The notes under the pieces are model-generated. The model had not been told where the DNA came from and did no database searches. It saw only the letters and a program-made list of their open reading frames with translations. Made by a program: the position numbers and the translations under genes. Below are positions 38,503 to 47,146 of a stretch of 64,000 nt of DNA, one piece after another. Origin of the DNA: Bacteroidota bacterium (GTDB lineage Bacteria; Bacteroidota; Bacteroidia; Chitinophagales; Saprospiraceae). Location of the stretch: the NCBI GenBank assembly GCA_029561355.1, contig JAKQJD010000267.1, positions 3,299-67,298 on the forward strand, read 5' to 3'. Within the stretch, counting starts at the first letter, position 1, and each line of letters begins with the position of its first letter.

Positions 38503-39581
38503 ACGAATATACCGTACACAAATATCTGAACGTACGCGTCGGACGGCCGTCGCTTTCCGCTCCATGTTATCAGTTCCTCGCTCCGGGTAGCGTACTGCAA
38601 ACGGACGGACGGATCTACAAAGGCGACCCGTTCGAAGGTGTCGACGACTGGCTGAAAGATGAAGCCGGTAATTACTACTGGAGTGGCGGAGTGATCGGGG
38701 CGTCGAAAAACGAAGCGGGACGCTCCGATTACTGGTTTAGCCAGCTTGGTATCGATACGATCTGGCAGACATTTGGCGAAAAAGGTTCCCGTGCCCGTGT
38801 GCTGGTGCTCGACACCGGAATCAACGATTTTCTCCCGGTATTCGAAGGAGCCGTCGCGGAAGGGCATAAAATCAATTTTGTAAATGGGTCACGTGATCTT
38901 TTCAGCAATGACCAGGATTGCCACGGCACGCATTGTGCCGGACTCATTGCCGCTCGTCCGGGCCAATATTCCGTGGGTGTCGCACCGGAATGCCAACTAC
39001 TGATTGGAAAAATATCTGAAGACGGCATGCTCGGCGACGGCGCTACTATGCGCAGGGCACTCGAAGCATTTCTGGCGCCTCAATATGAATTCGACATTAT
39101 TTCCATCAGCGCCACCATGATGCAGGAAGATGCGGAATTGCGGCGGCTGATCGACGAGCATATTCAAAAAAACCGGATCGTGCTGGCAGCCATCGGCAAC
39201 GATCCGTTGTCCCGAAACCTGCCCTATAAAAAGTACCCCGGCTATTTTGATAGTTGTATTTCCGTCGGAGCCTGCGAATACGACCGCCTGATTTCCGGAT
39301 ACACCTGTTCGCCGCAGAAAGCCACCATCCATTGTTTCGGCACCCACATCGGTTCCTATCAGAAAAGCAGTATACCCCGGCCGCTGAAAGGTACCAGCCA
39401 GGCAACGGCCATTATGGCGGGTATTTGCGCCCTTGCGGTATCGTTTCTCAAAAAAAGAAACCGCTCTTTCAACCAGGAAACGTTCAGGCAACTGCTGCAA
39501 AGCAGTGCCGATCCGCTCGAAAATTTTCATGCTGCCCTCGTCAACCCGGTTTCCCTCTTCCACGCTTTAAAAACTTTATAA
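38499..39581 (+). CDS. S8 (subtilisin-family) serine peptidase with an SH3b-like N-terminal domain
   Basis: Catalytic triad contexts VLVLDTGIN (Asp, nt 38811-38813), HGTHCAGLIAA (His142, nt 38922-38924) and GTSQATAIMAG (Ser300, nt 39396-39398). The N-terminal segment YLNVRVGRPSLSAP....L.PGSVLQ is SH3b-like. No signal peptide seen. Confidence 0.85.
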   Translation: MNEYTVHKYLNVRVGRPSLSAPCYQFLAPGSVLQTDGRIYKGDPFEGVDDWLKDEAGNYYWSGGVIGASKNEAGRSDYWFSQLGIDTIWQTFGEKGSRARVLVLDTGINDFLPVFEGAVAEGHKINFVNGSRDLFSNDQDCHGTHCAGLIAARPGQYSVGVAPECQLLIGKISEDGMLGDGATMRRALEAFLAPQYEFDIISISATMMQEDAELRRLIDEHIQKNRIVLAAIGNDPLSRNLPYKKYPGYFDSCISVGACEYDRLISGYTCSPQKATIHCFGTHIGSYQKSSIPRPLKGTSQATAIMAGICALAVSFLKKRNRSFNQETFRQLLQSSADPLENFHAALVNPVSLFHALKTL

Positions 39582-39585
39582 AACG

Positions 39586-41766
39586 ATGAAAAACAACAAT
39601 ACCTCTTTCCGCTGCCTGTTGGCCGCCCTGCTGTTCTGTGGTACACTGTCTGCTCAGGATCGCATTGCATATTATGACGCTATGGATTTTGCCCGGATTT
39701 TCCATAAAAGCGGCAAAATCTCCACGCAGGATCCCTCAGTAGCAGCTATGCTCGGACCCTATTTCCCGAATGAGGTGATCAATACAGGCTCAAATCCGTT
39801 CCTGAAAGATTATTTCGACGATAACACGGTGGCCGCAGCAGGGCAGGGCCGCGGGCTCGATACCGGAAAAGGATTGCCTCTTGCAGGAGGTCTGGCCGGC
39901 CTCGACGTCACGACCATCACCGACGGCATGGCCCGATTTATGATCAAACGGGCCAAAGAAGAACTCTCCGTGGCTTTTTTTGAAAAATTCAAAAAATTCA
40001 GCGAAGAAAAACCGGAATTCAAGGCGCTGTTTCCCCGCACGACGGAAGCACTGACCAACCTGCTTTCATACCATTACACGGAAATGCTGCCGGCACTGCG
40101 CATCCATTTCTACGACGATCTGACGGCACTGCCGCTTCATCTGGAAGACCTGCTGGAACTGGAAAAATACCGCCCGCTGTTGAAAGAATTTCCCGAACTG
40201 CGACTGATCGTTCAGGTGCTTCGCCTGATACATATCAGCATTGCGGAAAATTCCAACCCCGCCGATATGCTGGAGGCTTTCGCCGTACTGTCGGGCTGGG
40301 ATTTGCCAAATGAAAAATTCGAGGTAAAAAATGTGGGCGCCTCACTGAAAACAGCCCACCTGTTCTCGCGCCACCTCCGCAAAAACGACGGAAGCGCTAT
40401 CTGGGTCTCGCAGGCCGAAGTGCAAAGAATGTTATCTGACCGGGCAGCATTCGAGATCTTCCTGGGCTTGCTTTACCAGACAGAAGCATTGAAAATCCAT
40501 AAAACCTTTTTCTACCGGTCGCCGGTCGACAGTATCAGTGTTCAGGCCTTGCTCGAGGCCGGACAAATCGATGCCCATGATTTTCTGAGCAAACTGATGA
40601 TGCTCACCGACAAGATTGGCAGTGTTCGAGCGAGCCTTCAGGAAAAACGTATGGCAGACGTTCCGCCTTCCAAAGATGATTACTACGAGTTCATCAACAG
40701 TTCAATCGATGTGATAGAACTGGGATTCGATCTGAGCGCGTACCTTGGAGTCTCTGTTCAGGTAGGCCGGTTCACGGATATTGCACGCAGCGCCAATGGC
40801 CTGTTTAAAAACATTTACACGGAAGATTTCCCGGCAGCCATTACCCAATTGAATACGCTGTTGGAAAAAATCGCCGTTTTAATTAAAGAGAAAAGACGTA
40901 AAGATACCGAGATGCTGGCCGGCGCACCTGCTATCGTCGCCACAAATATCACTTCCGATAAGGCGCGTCGGGTGCTGGAGCGCATACAGAAGGGTGATAC
41001 CGAGCGAAAAAAACTCTCTCCAGCCTGTGTAAAACTGCTCGAAAGGGAACTTGTCAAAAACCCGGAAAGTGTGCTCACCCCGCAGCAAAAGCAACAGTTG
41101 TCGCTGCTGCTTTCCGTGCGCAGATATGAAAAAATCGAATCGGTATTGGGTAAAATCAACCGCTACGGCCTTTTTATGGCCAACATGGCAGGGGCCAAAT
41201 CGCCGGAAGAAGTGGAAGAAATACTCGAAAATGTGACCTTACCGGTTGGCAGTTCTTCCATCAAGAAAAATGCCCGCTTCAACGTGTCGCTGCAGTCCTA
41301 CCTGGGTGCCTATTATTTGCCTAATCCGGCTTCCGGCGACCTCGCCACCGCCTGGAATGATCCGTTCGGTGTACACGCGCCCATCGGCATCTCCTTTAGT
41401 ACGGGTTTTGGCCGCGCAGGCTCGGTCAGCCTTTTCGGTTCGCTGCTCGATATCGGAGCCGTAGTGGATTACCGGCTCCGTTCCGAGCAGGTAGTGAAGG
41501 ATGATGGCAGCATGACGACTGCCACCGTGAGGGACTACAAAATTCAACTCGGCCAAATTTTTTCACCCGGCGCATACCTGGTGTATGGTTTTCCTTTCAA
41601 ACTGCCATTGGCCTTTGGTCTGGGCAGCCAGTACGGACCGGGTTTGACACAGCTGAAAACCGACGGCGGCACAGTGCTTAATAACCCCAAATGGCGGTTC
41701 AACTTGTTCCTGAGCGTCGATATGCCGCTACTTACCTTCCGTAACTGGCGCAAAAACGATCACTAA
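39586..41766 (+). CDS. Secreted protein of unknown function (helical body, beta-rich C-terminus)
   Basis: Signal peptide MKNNNTSFRCLLAALLFCGTLSAQD. It starts 4 nt after the S8 gene stop. The last ~200 aa have an alternating hydrophobic pattern and end in ...LLTFRNW. Confidence 0.6.
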   Translation: MKNNNTSFRCLLAALLFCGTLSAQDRIAYYDAMDFARIFHKSGKISTQDPSVAAMLGPYFPNEVINTGSNPFLKDYFDDNTVAAAGQGRGLDTGKGLPLAGGLAGLDVTTITDGMARFMIKRAKEELSVAFFEKFKKFSEEKPEFKALFPRTTEALTNLLSYHYTEMLPALRIHFYDDLTALPLHLEDLLELEKYRPLLKEFPELRLIVQVLRLIHISIAENSNPADMLEAFAVLSGWDLPNEKFEVKNVGASLKTAHLFSRHLRKNDGSAIWVSQAEVQRMLSDRAAFEIFLGLLYQTEALKIHKTFFYRSPVDSISVQALLEAGQIDAHDFLSKLMMLTDKIGSVRASLQEKRMADVPPSKDDYYEFINSSIDVIELGFDLSAYLGVSVQVGRFTDIARSANGLFKNIYTEDFPAAITQLNTLLEKIAVLIKEKRRKDTEMLAGAPAIVATNITSDKARRVLERIQKGDTERKKLSPACVKLLERELVKNPESVLTPQQKQQLSLLLSVRRYEKIESVLGKINRYGLFMANMAGAKSPEEVEEILENVTLPVGSSSIKKNARFNVSLQSYLGAYYLPNPASGDLATAWNDPFGVHAPIGISFSTGFGRAGSVSLFGSLLDIGAVVDYRLRSEQVVKDDGSMTTATVRDYKIQLGQIFSPGAYLVYGFPFKLPLAFGLGSQYGPGLTQLKTDGGTVLNNPKWRFNLFLSVDMPLLTFRNWRKNDH

Positions 41767-41800
41767 AACAGGGGCCGTACGCTGGTGTAACACATGTGGT

Positions 41801-41844
41801 GACCTATCGGAAGCACTGTTTTCGGACCGTGCTACCGATAGGTC
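41801..41844 (+). terminator. Hairpin closing the protease operon
   Basis: gacctatcggaagcac / gtgctaccgataggtc forms a 16-bp stem with one mismatch and a 12-nt loop. No clear T-tract. Confidence 0.45.
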
Positions 41845-41999
41845 CCGCAACTTGAATTGGTGGAGGTACGATGTGTCGAAGTGAAAACACCTGACTGGAA
41901 ATCATGTAATCATAAATCCTTACTTTCGTTTGCCTAAAATTAATCGCCAAACGCGGCTGGTTTCCGCAAGGAACACTAACGGCACTTAAAAATGAAAGT

Positions 42000-42956
42000 A
42001 TGAAACATTTCATATACATACTTCCCTACCTGCTTCCGATAACAATCTCGGCTCAGGCAATGGCAGATACCACAACATTCAGGGTTCCTGCAAACTATAC
42101 CATTGCAGTTGAATATTATTTAAAAAAAATAGAAACAGGCGAAACGGGCCCTGACAATTTTTATCAGGCAGCCTGCTATTTTTCCTTGCTGAACAACCAC
42201 GATATGGCTTTCACTTATTTAAAAGAAGCCATCACCAGAGGTGCAAAAGGAGAAGATGTAATGACGGATACCGACTTCGATACTTTAAAACAGGATTCAA
42301 ATAGATGGAATGAAATGGAATCCTTGTTAAAAGTACAATATGTTGAACGCAATCCGGGGATTTCAAAAATAGATCTAGGTTATGAACTTTGGCTGATGTG
42401 GATAGAAGATCAAAAGTTCCGGACATTAAAAAAGAACTATAAGTTAAAGGGCCAACCCATTACCGATATAGAAAAACACAACAAACATTTATTGCGAATA
42501 AAGAGAATCGTTGAAGATGCCGGCTGGCCAAAATACAGCGAAGTCGGAATAGAAGCGGGCGATGCTGTGTTTTTTATCTTTCAGCATGATGATGCGAAAA
42601 ACATGAAAAATGTGTTGCCTGAATTTATTGCTGTTGCAAAAGCGGGTGAAGCGGATCTAAAAAAGGCGGCTATGATGATCGACCGGTATTTAGCATATAC
42701 CGAACACCTGCAACTTTATGGAACCCAGGCATTTCGAAAAATTGAGCAGGGGCAAAATCGAAATGATATTCCTTTAGAATTGTATCCGATAGCAGATGAA
42801 GAACACCTGTTGGAAAGGCGTGCGGCAATTGGTATGACTGATTTTTTTGAAAATTGCAAAAGATTGGGTGTCGAGTACATACCTGTTCAAAAGCGAAGCA
42901 ATTATAAAGCCATTGCAATCAAGAAGAAATGGATTAAAGCAGGTTATTTACTTTGA
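42000..42956 (+). CDS. Hypothetical secreted protein (TPR-like N-terminus)
   Basis: Signal peptide MKHFIYILPYLLPITISAQA. 318 aa. The gene is AT-rich compared with the surrounding island. Confidence 0.55.
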   Translation: MKHFIYILPYLLPITISAQAMADTTTFRVPANYTIAVEYYLKKIETGETGPDNFYQAACYFSLLNNHDMAFTYLKEAITRGAKGEDVMTDTDFDTLKQDSNRWNEMESLLKVQYVERNPGISKIDLGYELWLMWIEDQKFRTLKKNYKLKGQPITDIEKHNKHLLRIKRIVEDAGWPKYSEVGIEAGDAVFFIFQHDDAKNMKNVLPEFIAVAKAGEADLKKAAMMIDRYLAYTEHLQLYGTQAFRKIEQGQNRNDIPLELYPIADEEHLLERRAAIGMTDFFENCKRLGVEYIPVQKRSNYKAIAIKKKWIKAGYLL

Positions 42957-43101
42957 ACGGGGATTCATGCAACAATGCCGGCCACATTCGAAGCGTAAAG
43001 GCAAGACTTGTGTAGACTTAGTAACAGTTGATGACGCACGTCATCGGAAGGGTATAAAATATAGGGTTTATTTGTATGTTTTTCATCAACATACAACTAC
43101 C

Positions 43102-43413
43102 ATGAGCTTAAAAAAGAAATTTCTAAAATCAGGTAATTTATGCACCGTCACTTTCTCTTTGCCGAAAGAATCATTAAACGGTGCAACCGAGGTAAAAATA
43201 CTGGGCGATTTCAATGAATGGAACGCGGATCGGGGCATTCCCATGAAGGATAAAAGCGGAATCTTCACAGGCTCCATAAATTTGCCCTGCAATGAGGAAT
43301 ACCAGTTCCGCTATCTGATTGGTAATGGCACGTGGGAAAATGACTGGGCTGCGGACAAATACGTTGCTTCCCCTTTCGGGGTAGAAAATTCTGTTGTTAA
43401 CGTGGTTGCGTAA
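43102..43413 (+). CDS. Small CBM48 / isoamylase-N (AMPK beta-like) carbohydrate-binding domain protein
   Basis: From the Met at 43102: MSLKKKFLKSGNLCTVTFSLPKE..ATEVKILGDFNEWN......MKDKSGIFTGSINLP..EYQFRYLI.G.W.ND. This matches the E-set/CBM48 pattern. Confidence 0.6.
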   Translation: MSLKKKFLKSGNLCTVTFSLPKESLNGATEVKILGDFNEWNADRGIPMKDKSGIFTGSINLPCNEEYQFRYLIGNGTWENDWAADKYVASPFGVENSVVNVVA

Positions 43414-43591
43414 GTACTTGCCCTATGAGCATGGCATACCGTCGCATGACACGATAAACAGGGTAATATCTTTGATTGACGGACGTGCATTTGAGCAATG
43501 TTTTATCGATTGGGTACAGATGAGCATTTCCTTGCCGGGGAACGTTTCAGACGCGTCCCCGGATGAGGCTGTCGTTTATCGAGTTCTATAA
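43409..43591 (+). mobile_element. Fragment of an ISAs1-family transposase N-terminal region (decayed)
   Basis: LPYEHGIPSHDTINRVISLIDGRAFEQCFIDWVQ matches the conserved ISAs1/H-repeat N-terminal motif (GIPSHDTFNRVF..LD...FE.CF..W). There is no DDE domain downstream, and it overlaps the 3' end of the XRE ORF. Confidence 0.6.
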
Positions 43592-43946
43592 ATCTCAGAT
43601 TCGATTCATCACAGCCAATCATCTTGGCGGCTTCTTCCTGTGTCATACCGTTCACCAGCCGGGCAAGATGAAGTCGCTTACCCAATGAACCTTCTTCAGA
43701 AGCAAATGGCATATACCCAAGAAAGCCAATGATCGCTTTGGCAAGTTTTGCCGGAGGTTGGTGCCTGTTCATTTCCCAGCCAGTCACTGTATCAGGTGTT
43801 ACGTTCAGAATTTTCGCCACAGCAGATTGCGATAAGCCCCGGTCAAGCCTGACCGTGCGAAGATGATCGCCTAAGGTCTTCAATTCGGCAGGATATGCAG
43901 GATTAGGCAACCGCTTGCCTATTAAAGTCAGGTGACAAAAATGCAA
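43503..43946 (-). CDS. XRE-family protein with two helix-turn-helix domains (C-terminus possibly corrupted by the IS fragment)
   Basis: Two HTH_3-like units: LGDHLRTVRLDRGLSQSAVAKILNVTPDTVTGWE and LGKRLHLARLVNGMTQEEAAKMIGCDESNLRFIE. Its start abuts the right direct repeat. Confidence 0.65.
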   Translation of the reverse strand: MHFCHLTLIGKRLPNPAYPAELKTLGDHLRTVRLDRGLSQSAVAKILNVTPDTVTGWEMNRHQPPAKLAKAIIGFLGYMPFASEEGSLGKRLHLARLVNGMTQEEAAKMIGCDESNLRFIELDKRQPHPGTRLKRSPARKCSSVPNR

Positions 43947-43951
43947 CGCAA

Positions 43952-44443
43952 CCCTGCCCCTGCGGCTACTACAACCACCCCGATAAAGACTGTGTGTGCG
44001 GCCCCGGCGTCGTGAAACGCTACGTCTCCAAAATTTCCGGCCCTTTGCTCGACCGCATCGATCTGCACGTGGAAGTGACGCCGGTGAGTTACGACGAACT
44101 CACCACCACTGAGCGACCCAAACTCACGAGCACGGACATTCGCGAGCGTGTACTGCGAGTCCGGGAGGTGCAGGCCGAACGGTTCAAGGATCTTCGCGAC
44201 GTGTATTCCAATGCACAAATGCCCAGCCGGATGGTGCACGACGTTTGTAAACTTGATTCTACCGGTCTGACTTTGTTAAAAACGGCGATGGAACGCCTGC
44301 AACTCAGCGCCCGGGCGTACGATCGGATTTTGAAGGTGGCGCGGACGGCGGCGGATCTGGCGGGGAGTAAGGATATTCGGATCGAGGATTTGGCGGAGGC
44401 GATACATTGTCGGAGCTTGGATCGGGAGGGGTGGGCGGGCTAA
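43952..44443 (+). pseudogene. comM: Orphan 3' fragment of a second comM allele (last ~163 codons)
   Basis: It aligns with comM 12787-13278. I counted about 33 substitutions in the last ~450 nt, nearly all synonymous. There are only 3 amino-acid differences (LLAREV vs LRVREV, HYRS vs HCRS). It has no 5' part, Walker motifs or promoter context. Confidence 0.9.
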
Positions 44444-44549
44444 TACTTCGGTGTTCGACAATCGGTGTTCGATATTCGGTGTTCGGTGTTCGATATTCGA
44501 TATTTAAAAAATATCGAACACCGGACACCGAATATCGAACACCGAAGTA
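44444..44549. repeat. Word-repeat hairpin (GGTGTTCG words), paralogue of 13279-13370
   Basis: tacttcggtgttcgacaatcggtgttcgatattcggtgttcggtgttcgatattcgat...atcgaacaccggacaccgaatatcgaacaccgaagta. Confidence 0.85.
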
Positions 44550-44557
44550 AAGTATAA

Positions 44558-44650
44558 ATGATTGAATGTAATAAGTTTATGAACCCAGAAATCAAATTCC
44601 AAATACGATCTTGAGGATAAGCTGATCGAATTTGCGGTACGCATCATTGA
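44558..44650 (+). pseudogene. Truncated, frameshifted 5' fragment of a four-helix-bundle protein gene
   Basis: It aligns with 13379-13470. It has a 1-nt insertion (gaacccagaa vs gaaccagaa), and homology stops abruptly after gcatcattga. Confidence 0.8.
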
Positions 44651-44944
44651 AGCACCTCGCCCTCCGCAGCGGCCTATTTCAGAAAAAACGGAAAAAATGT
44701 CATCGCTGCAAGTACCGATTCTGCGTAAATTATATGTTGTTTGAAACGTATTCAGTTGGTCCGGCCTCCCGTAGTAACCGGGATTCCCGTAGAAAACATG
44801 GAAAAAGTGTAGTTTTTGAAAGATCGTACGGCACTCACCTTTGCAGTACAGTACTGAGATTAACATTCAGATGCAAGCAGGTTGTGCGCACTTCCCGTTT
44901 ACATCTTACATCGATCAACTTCACTTTTCAACAGATTTTTTTCA

Positions 44945-46075
44945 ATGAAGAACCAACTTATTATCCTCACGCTTTTCACTTTTGCTATTGCACTGGGAAT
45001 AAGCGGATGCAAAAAAAACGACAGCACAGTCCTTACTGCAGATATTCAAAACGTTCAAACGCTTCCACCGTTAAGGGTTGAAAACAACACGCTTTATTTT
45101 GAAGACATGACCCAGTATTCATCCGTTATGAATATATTATCAGGCATGAGCAACCAGGATATTCTGAACTGGACCCGCTCTCTGGGCTTCGTTTCGGTAG
45201 CCGATTATTACGATCAGGCCATGGAAGGCAACTGCTGCCCCGAAACGGAAGGCAACCTGGAGCAACTCCAGCAACAATTTGAAGGAAAAGTAAGATTTGA
45301 TAAATCTTCCGGCGACATCGCACCGCTTTACAGTATGGGACTTCGCAATTTCATTTCAAACGTAAAAGGTGAATTTTACACCGGTAAAACGTTGCAGAAA
45401 TATGCCGACGACAAGATCATTTCCATTTTCGAACCAACGGAAGAGAAAATTGCCCTGGCCTTAACGGTAAGCAGCCTGGCAGATACCGTTCGGCACATTT
45501 ACGTTCACCCGTATACGGTTTCGATCACGCCCCAGGGTGCTGATGAACGCGCTTGCCCTAAAGTCCTGTTCGGAGGAGGCTCTACGTGGGTGAATTGCTG
45601 CGAAAACGGCCCCCTGTACGGCAACCAGAGTTCACCCTTCAAATACAAGGTAGAAGATGCGTACAGAAACGTTTATGATGATTCGATGATCAACGTCGGC
45701 GAAGTAAACGGCGGCACTTTTACGGTGTACAACATTCAGTTTACCAGCAAAATATTTTTCCATTGCCGTAAAAGAGGCATTTTTGGAACATGGCCTACCT
45801 GCCACAGAACAGTGTGGAATTACTCATCCGTATTAAATTACACGCACAACCTGGGCTCCATGGGCGGGCCAAGTCCGGCATCCAGAAGCTATTCTAATGT
45901 AACGACGGGCAGCGAATGCAAATATGAGCGCTACGATGCATTGTGCGGATTGTTGTCTCAGTCGGCTGAACAATACTATGGACGTTCCCTTACGGTTACC
46001 GGCATGAACCTCAACTTTTCCACTTCGCCGGCATCCGGCGTTACCATTACCGGGTCCAGTTCGAACTGCCTGTAA
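44945..46075 (+). CDS. Hypothetical lipoprotein
   Basis: From the Met at 44945: MKNQLIILTLFTFAIALGISGCKKND, a lipobox-like signal. No other motif recognised. Confidence 0.55.
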   Translation: MKNQLIILTLFTFAIALGISGCKKNDSTVLTADIQNVQTLPPLRVENNTLYFEDMTQYSSVMNILSGMSNQDILNWTRSLGFVSVADYYDQAMEGNCCPETEGNLEQLQQQFEGKVRFDKSSGDIAPLYSMGLRNFISNVKGEFYTGKTLQKYADDKIISIFEPTEEKIALALTVSSLADTVRHIYVHPYTVSITPQGADERACPKVLFGGGSTWVNCCENGPLYGNQSSPFKYKVEDAYRNVYDDSMINVGEVNGGTFTVYNIQFTSKIFFHCRKRGIFGTWPTCHRTVWNYSSVLNYTHNLGSMGGPSPASRSYSNVTTGSECKYERYDALCGLLSQSAEQYYGRSLTVTGMNLNFSTSPASGVTITGSSSNCL

Positions 46076-46251
46076 TTTTCAGTTCTCCTGAAAAGATTAT
46101 TGCTTTGCGCGAAGGTGATTGGAGCGGTTGGAAACGTTGCCGTTTGTTCGGCTTGTTCCGCCGCTTCAAATCACTTCCGCTTTTTTATGATGTTGAAACC
46201 CTGGCTTCATCGTTACTAACCGGCAGAAGTAACTCATACATACCGGAATAC

Positions 46252-47139
46252 ATGAAATTTCTACTTAAAATCATTGCTTGTCTGTTTTTATGGCAATTAT
46301 TGCCTGGTTGTAACTGGAATATTAAACTTCCCGAAGATGAACCCGAACGCCTTTTTCTGTTTGGATACATGCATCCCGACAGTGTTATTTCCATCCGGGT
46401 GACGCACTCCTTCGGGCTGTCGGCACTGTCTAATACTGTAGATGCGGCCGTGAAAAGTGTGTCGGTAAAAGTTTTCGAAAATGATCTTTTGCTGGATAGC
46501 CTGTTAGAAACGAGTCCGGGCATGTACCAATCCGGCCATTCTTACAAGCCGATTCAAGGGCGTTCTTATTATTTCACAGCGGAAGCGACCGGTTTTCAAA
46601 CTGTACGAACCCTGCCCGACAGTATTCCGCCTCCTTTGCCCGTCGCTTCGGTAAGCGCTGATTACGTGCCGACCCAGGAAAATTTCGCCGCACTTACCCT
46701 CGCTGTGCATTTGGCGCGCCCGGTTTCCGACGACTTGCTCGGAATTCAGTTCCATTATTTTTCCACCTTCGTTTTGGATAGCGGCTACGTCAACAGGTGT
46801 ATCGGCAACAGAACCCTGGTGTGCGACCGTTTGAGCGTAGGCGCATTCGTCAATGAATTTTGCCTGGAAGACTTCTACTGCGTAAGCCAATTTGAAGACA
46901 TCACCCTGTACACCCCCGAACTGTCATTTTATGATGGCTCGCCTGCCCGGCTCAGTCTGGCTACTTTTTCACAGCGGTCCATCGAACTGGCCTACAAAAC
47001 CGGCCTGAGTAGCGATACCTACACCAATAACTACGAAGTAAATCCTTTTTATTCGCCCGTATTCTTACCCATCGAGGTCGAAGGTGGGTATGCAGCCATT
47101 TACTTCTACAATACGTACAACCGAACCCTGCAATTTTAA
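46252..47139 (+). CDS. DUF4249-like lipoprotein
   Basis: From the Met at 46252: MKFLLKIIACLFLWQLLPGC. The body pattern (LFLFGYMHPDS.ISIRVTHS ... V.V.V.END.L.D.L.E...G.Y.S...P..G..Y...A.A.GF..V...D.IP) and the neighbouring TonB-dependent receptor both fit DUF4249. Confidence 0.55.
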   Translation: MKFLLKIIACLFLWQLLPGCNWNIKLPEDEPERLFLFGYMHPDSVISIRVTHSFGLSALSNTVDAAVKSVSVKVFENDLLLDSLLETSPGMYQSGHSYKPIQGRSYYFTAEATGFQTVRTLPDSIPPPLPVASVSADYVPTQENFAALTLAVHLARPVSDDLLGIQFHYFSTFVLDSGYVNRCIGNRTLVCDRLSVGAFVNEFCLEDFYCVSQFEDITLYTPELSFYDGSPARLSLATFSQRSIELAYKTGLSSDTYTNNYEVNPFYSPVFLPIEVEGGYAAIYFYNTYNRTLQF

Positions 47140-47146
47140 TTTTGTC

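Larger units (their letters stand above)
43952..44650 (+). repeat. Right copy of the ~0.7 kb direct repeat
   Basis: See 12787-13470. It is 15 nt longer because of indels in the hairpin. Confidence 0.9.

Noticed and set aside
13471-43951. Search for an integrase, recombinase, relaxase or conjugation genes that would make the island an ICE or prophage
   Set aside because: None of the ORFs shows tyrosine-recombinase (R..H..R..Y), serine-recombinase, DDE (apart from the ~40-aa ISAs1 scrap) or phage structural signatures. The mobility mechanism is therefore left open rather than claimed.
43994-44443. 149-aa ORF as an independent small ATPase or Mg-chelatase gene
   Set aside because: It is only the C-terminal tail of a comM paralogue. 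Homology continues upstream of its ATG to 43952, and it lacks the AAA+ core. I annotated it as a pseudogene fragment.
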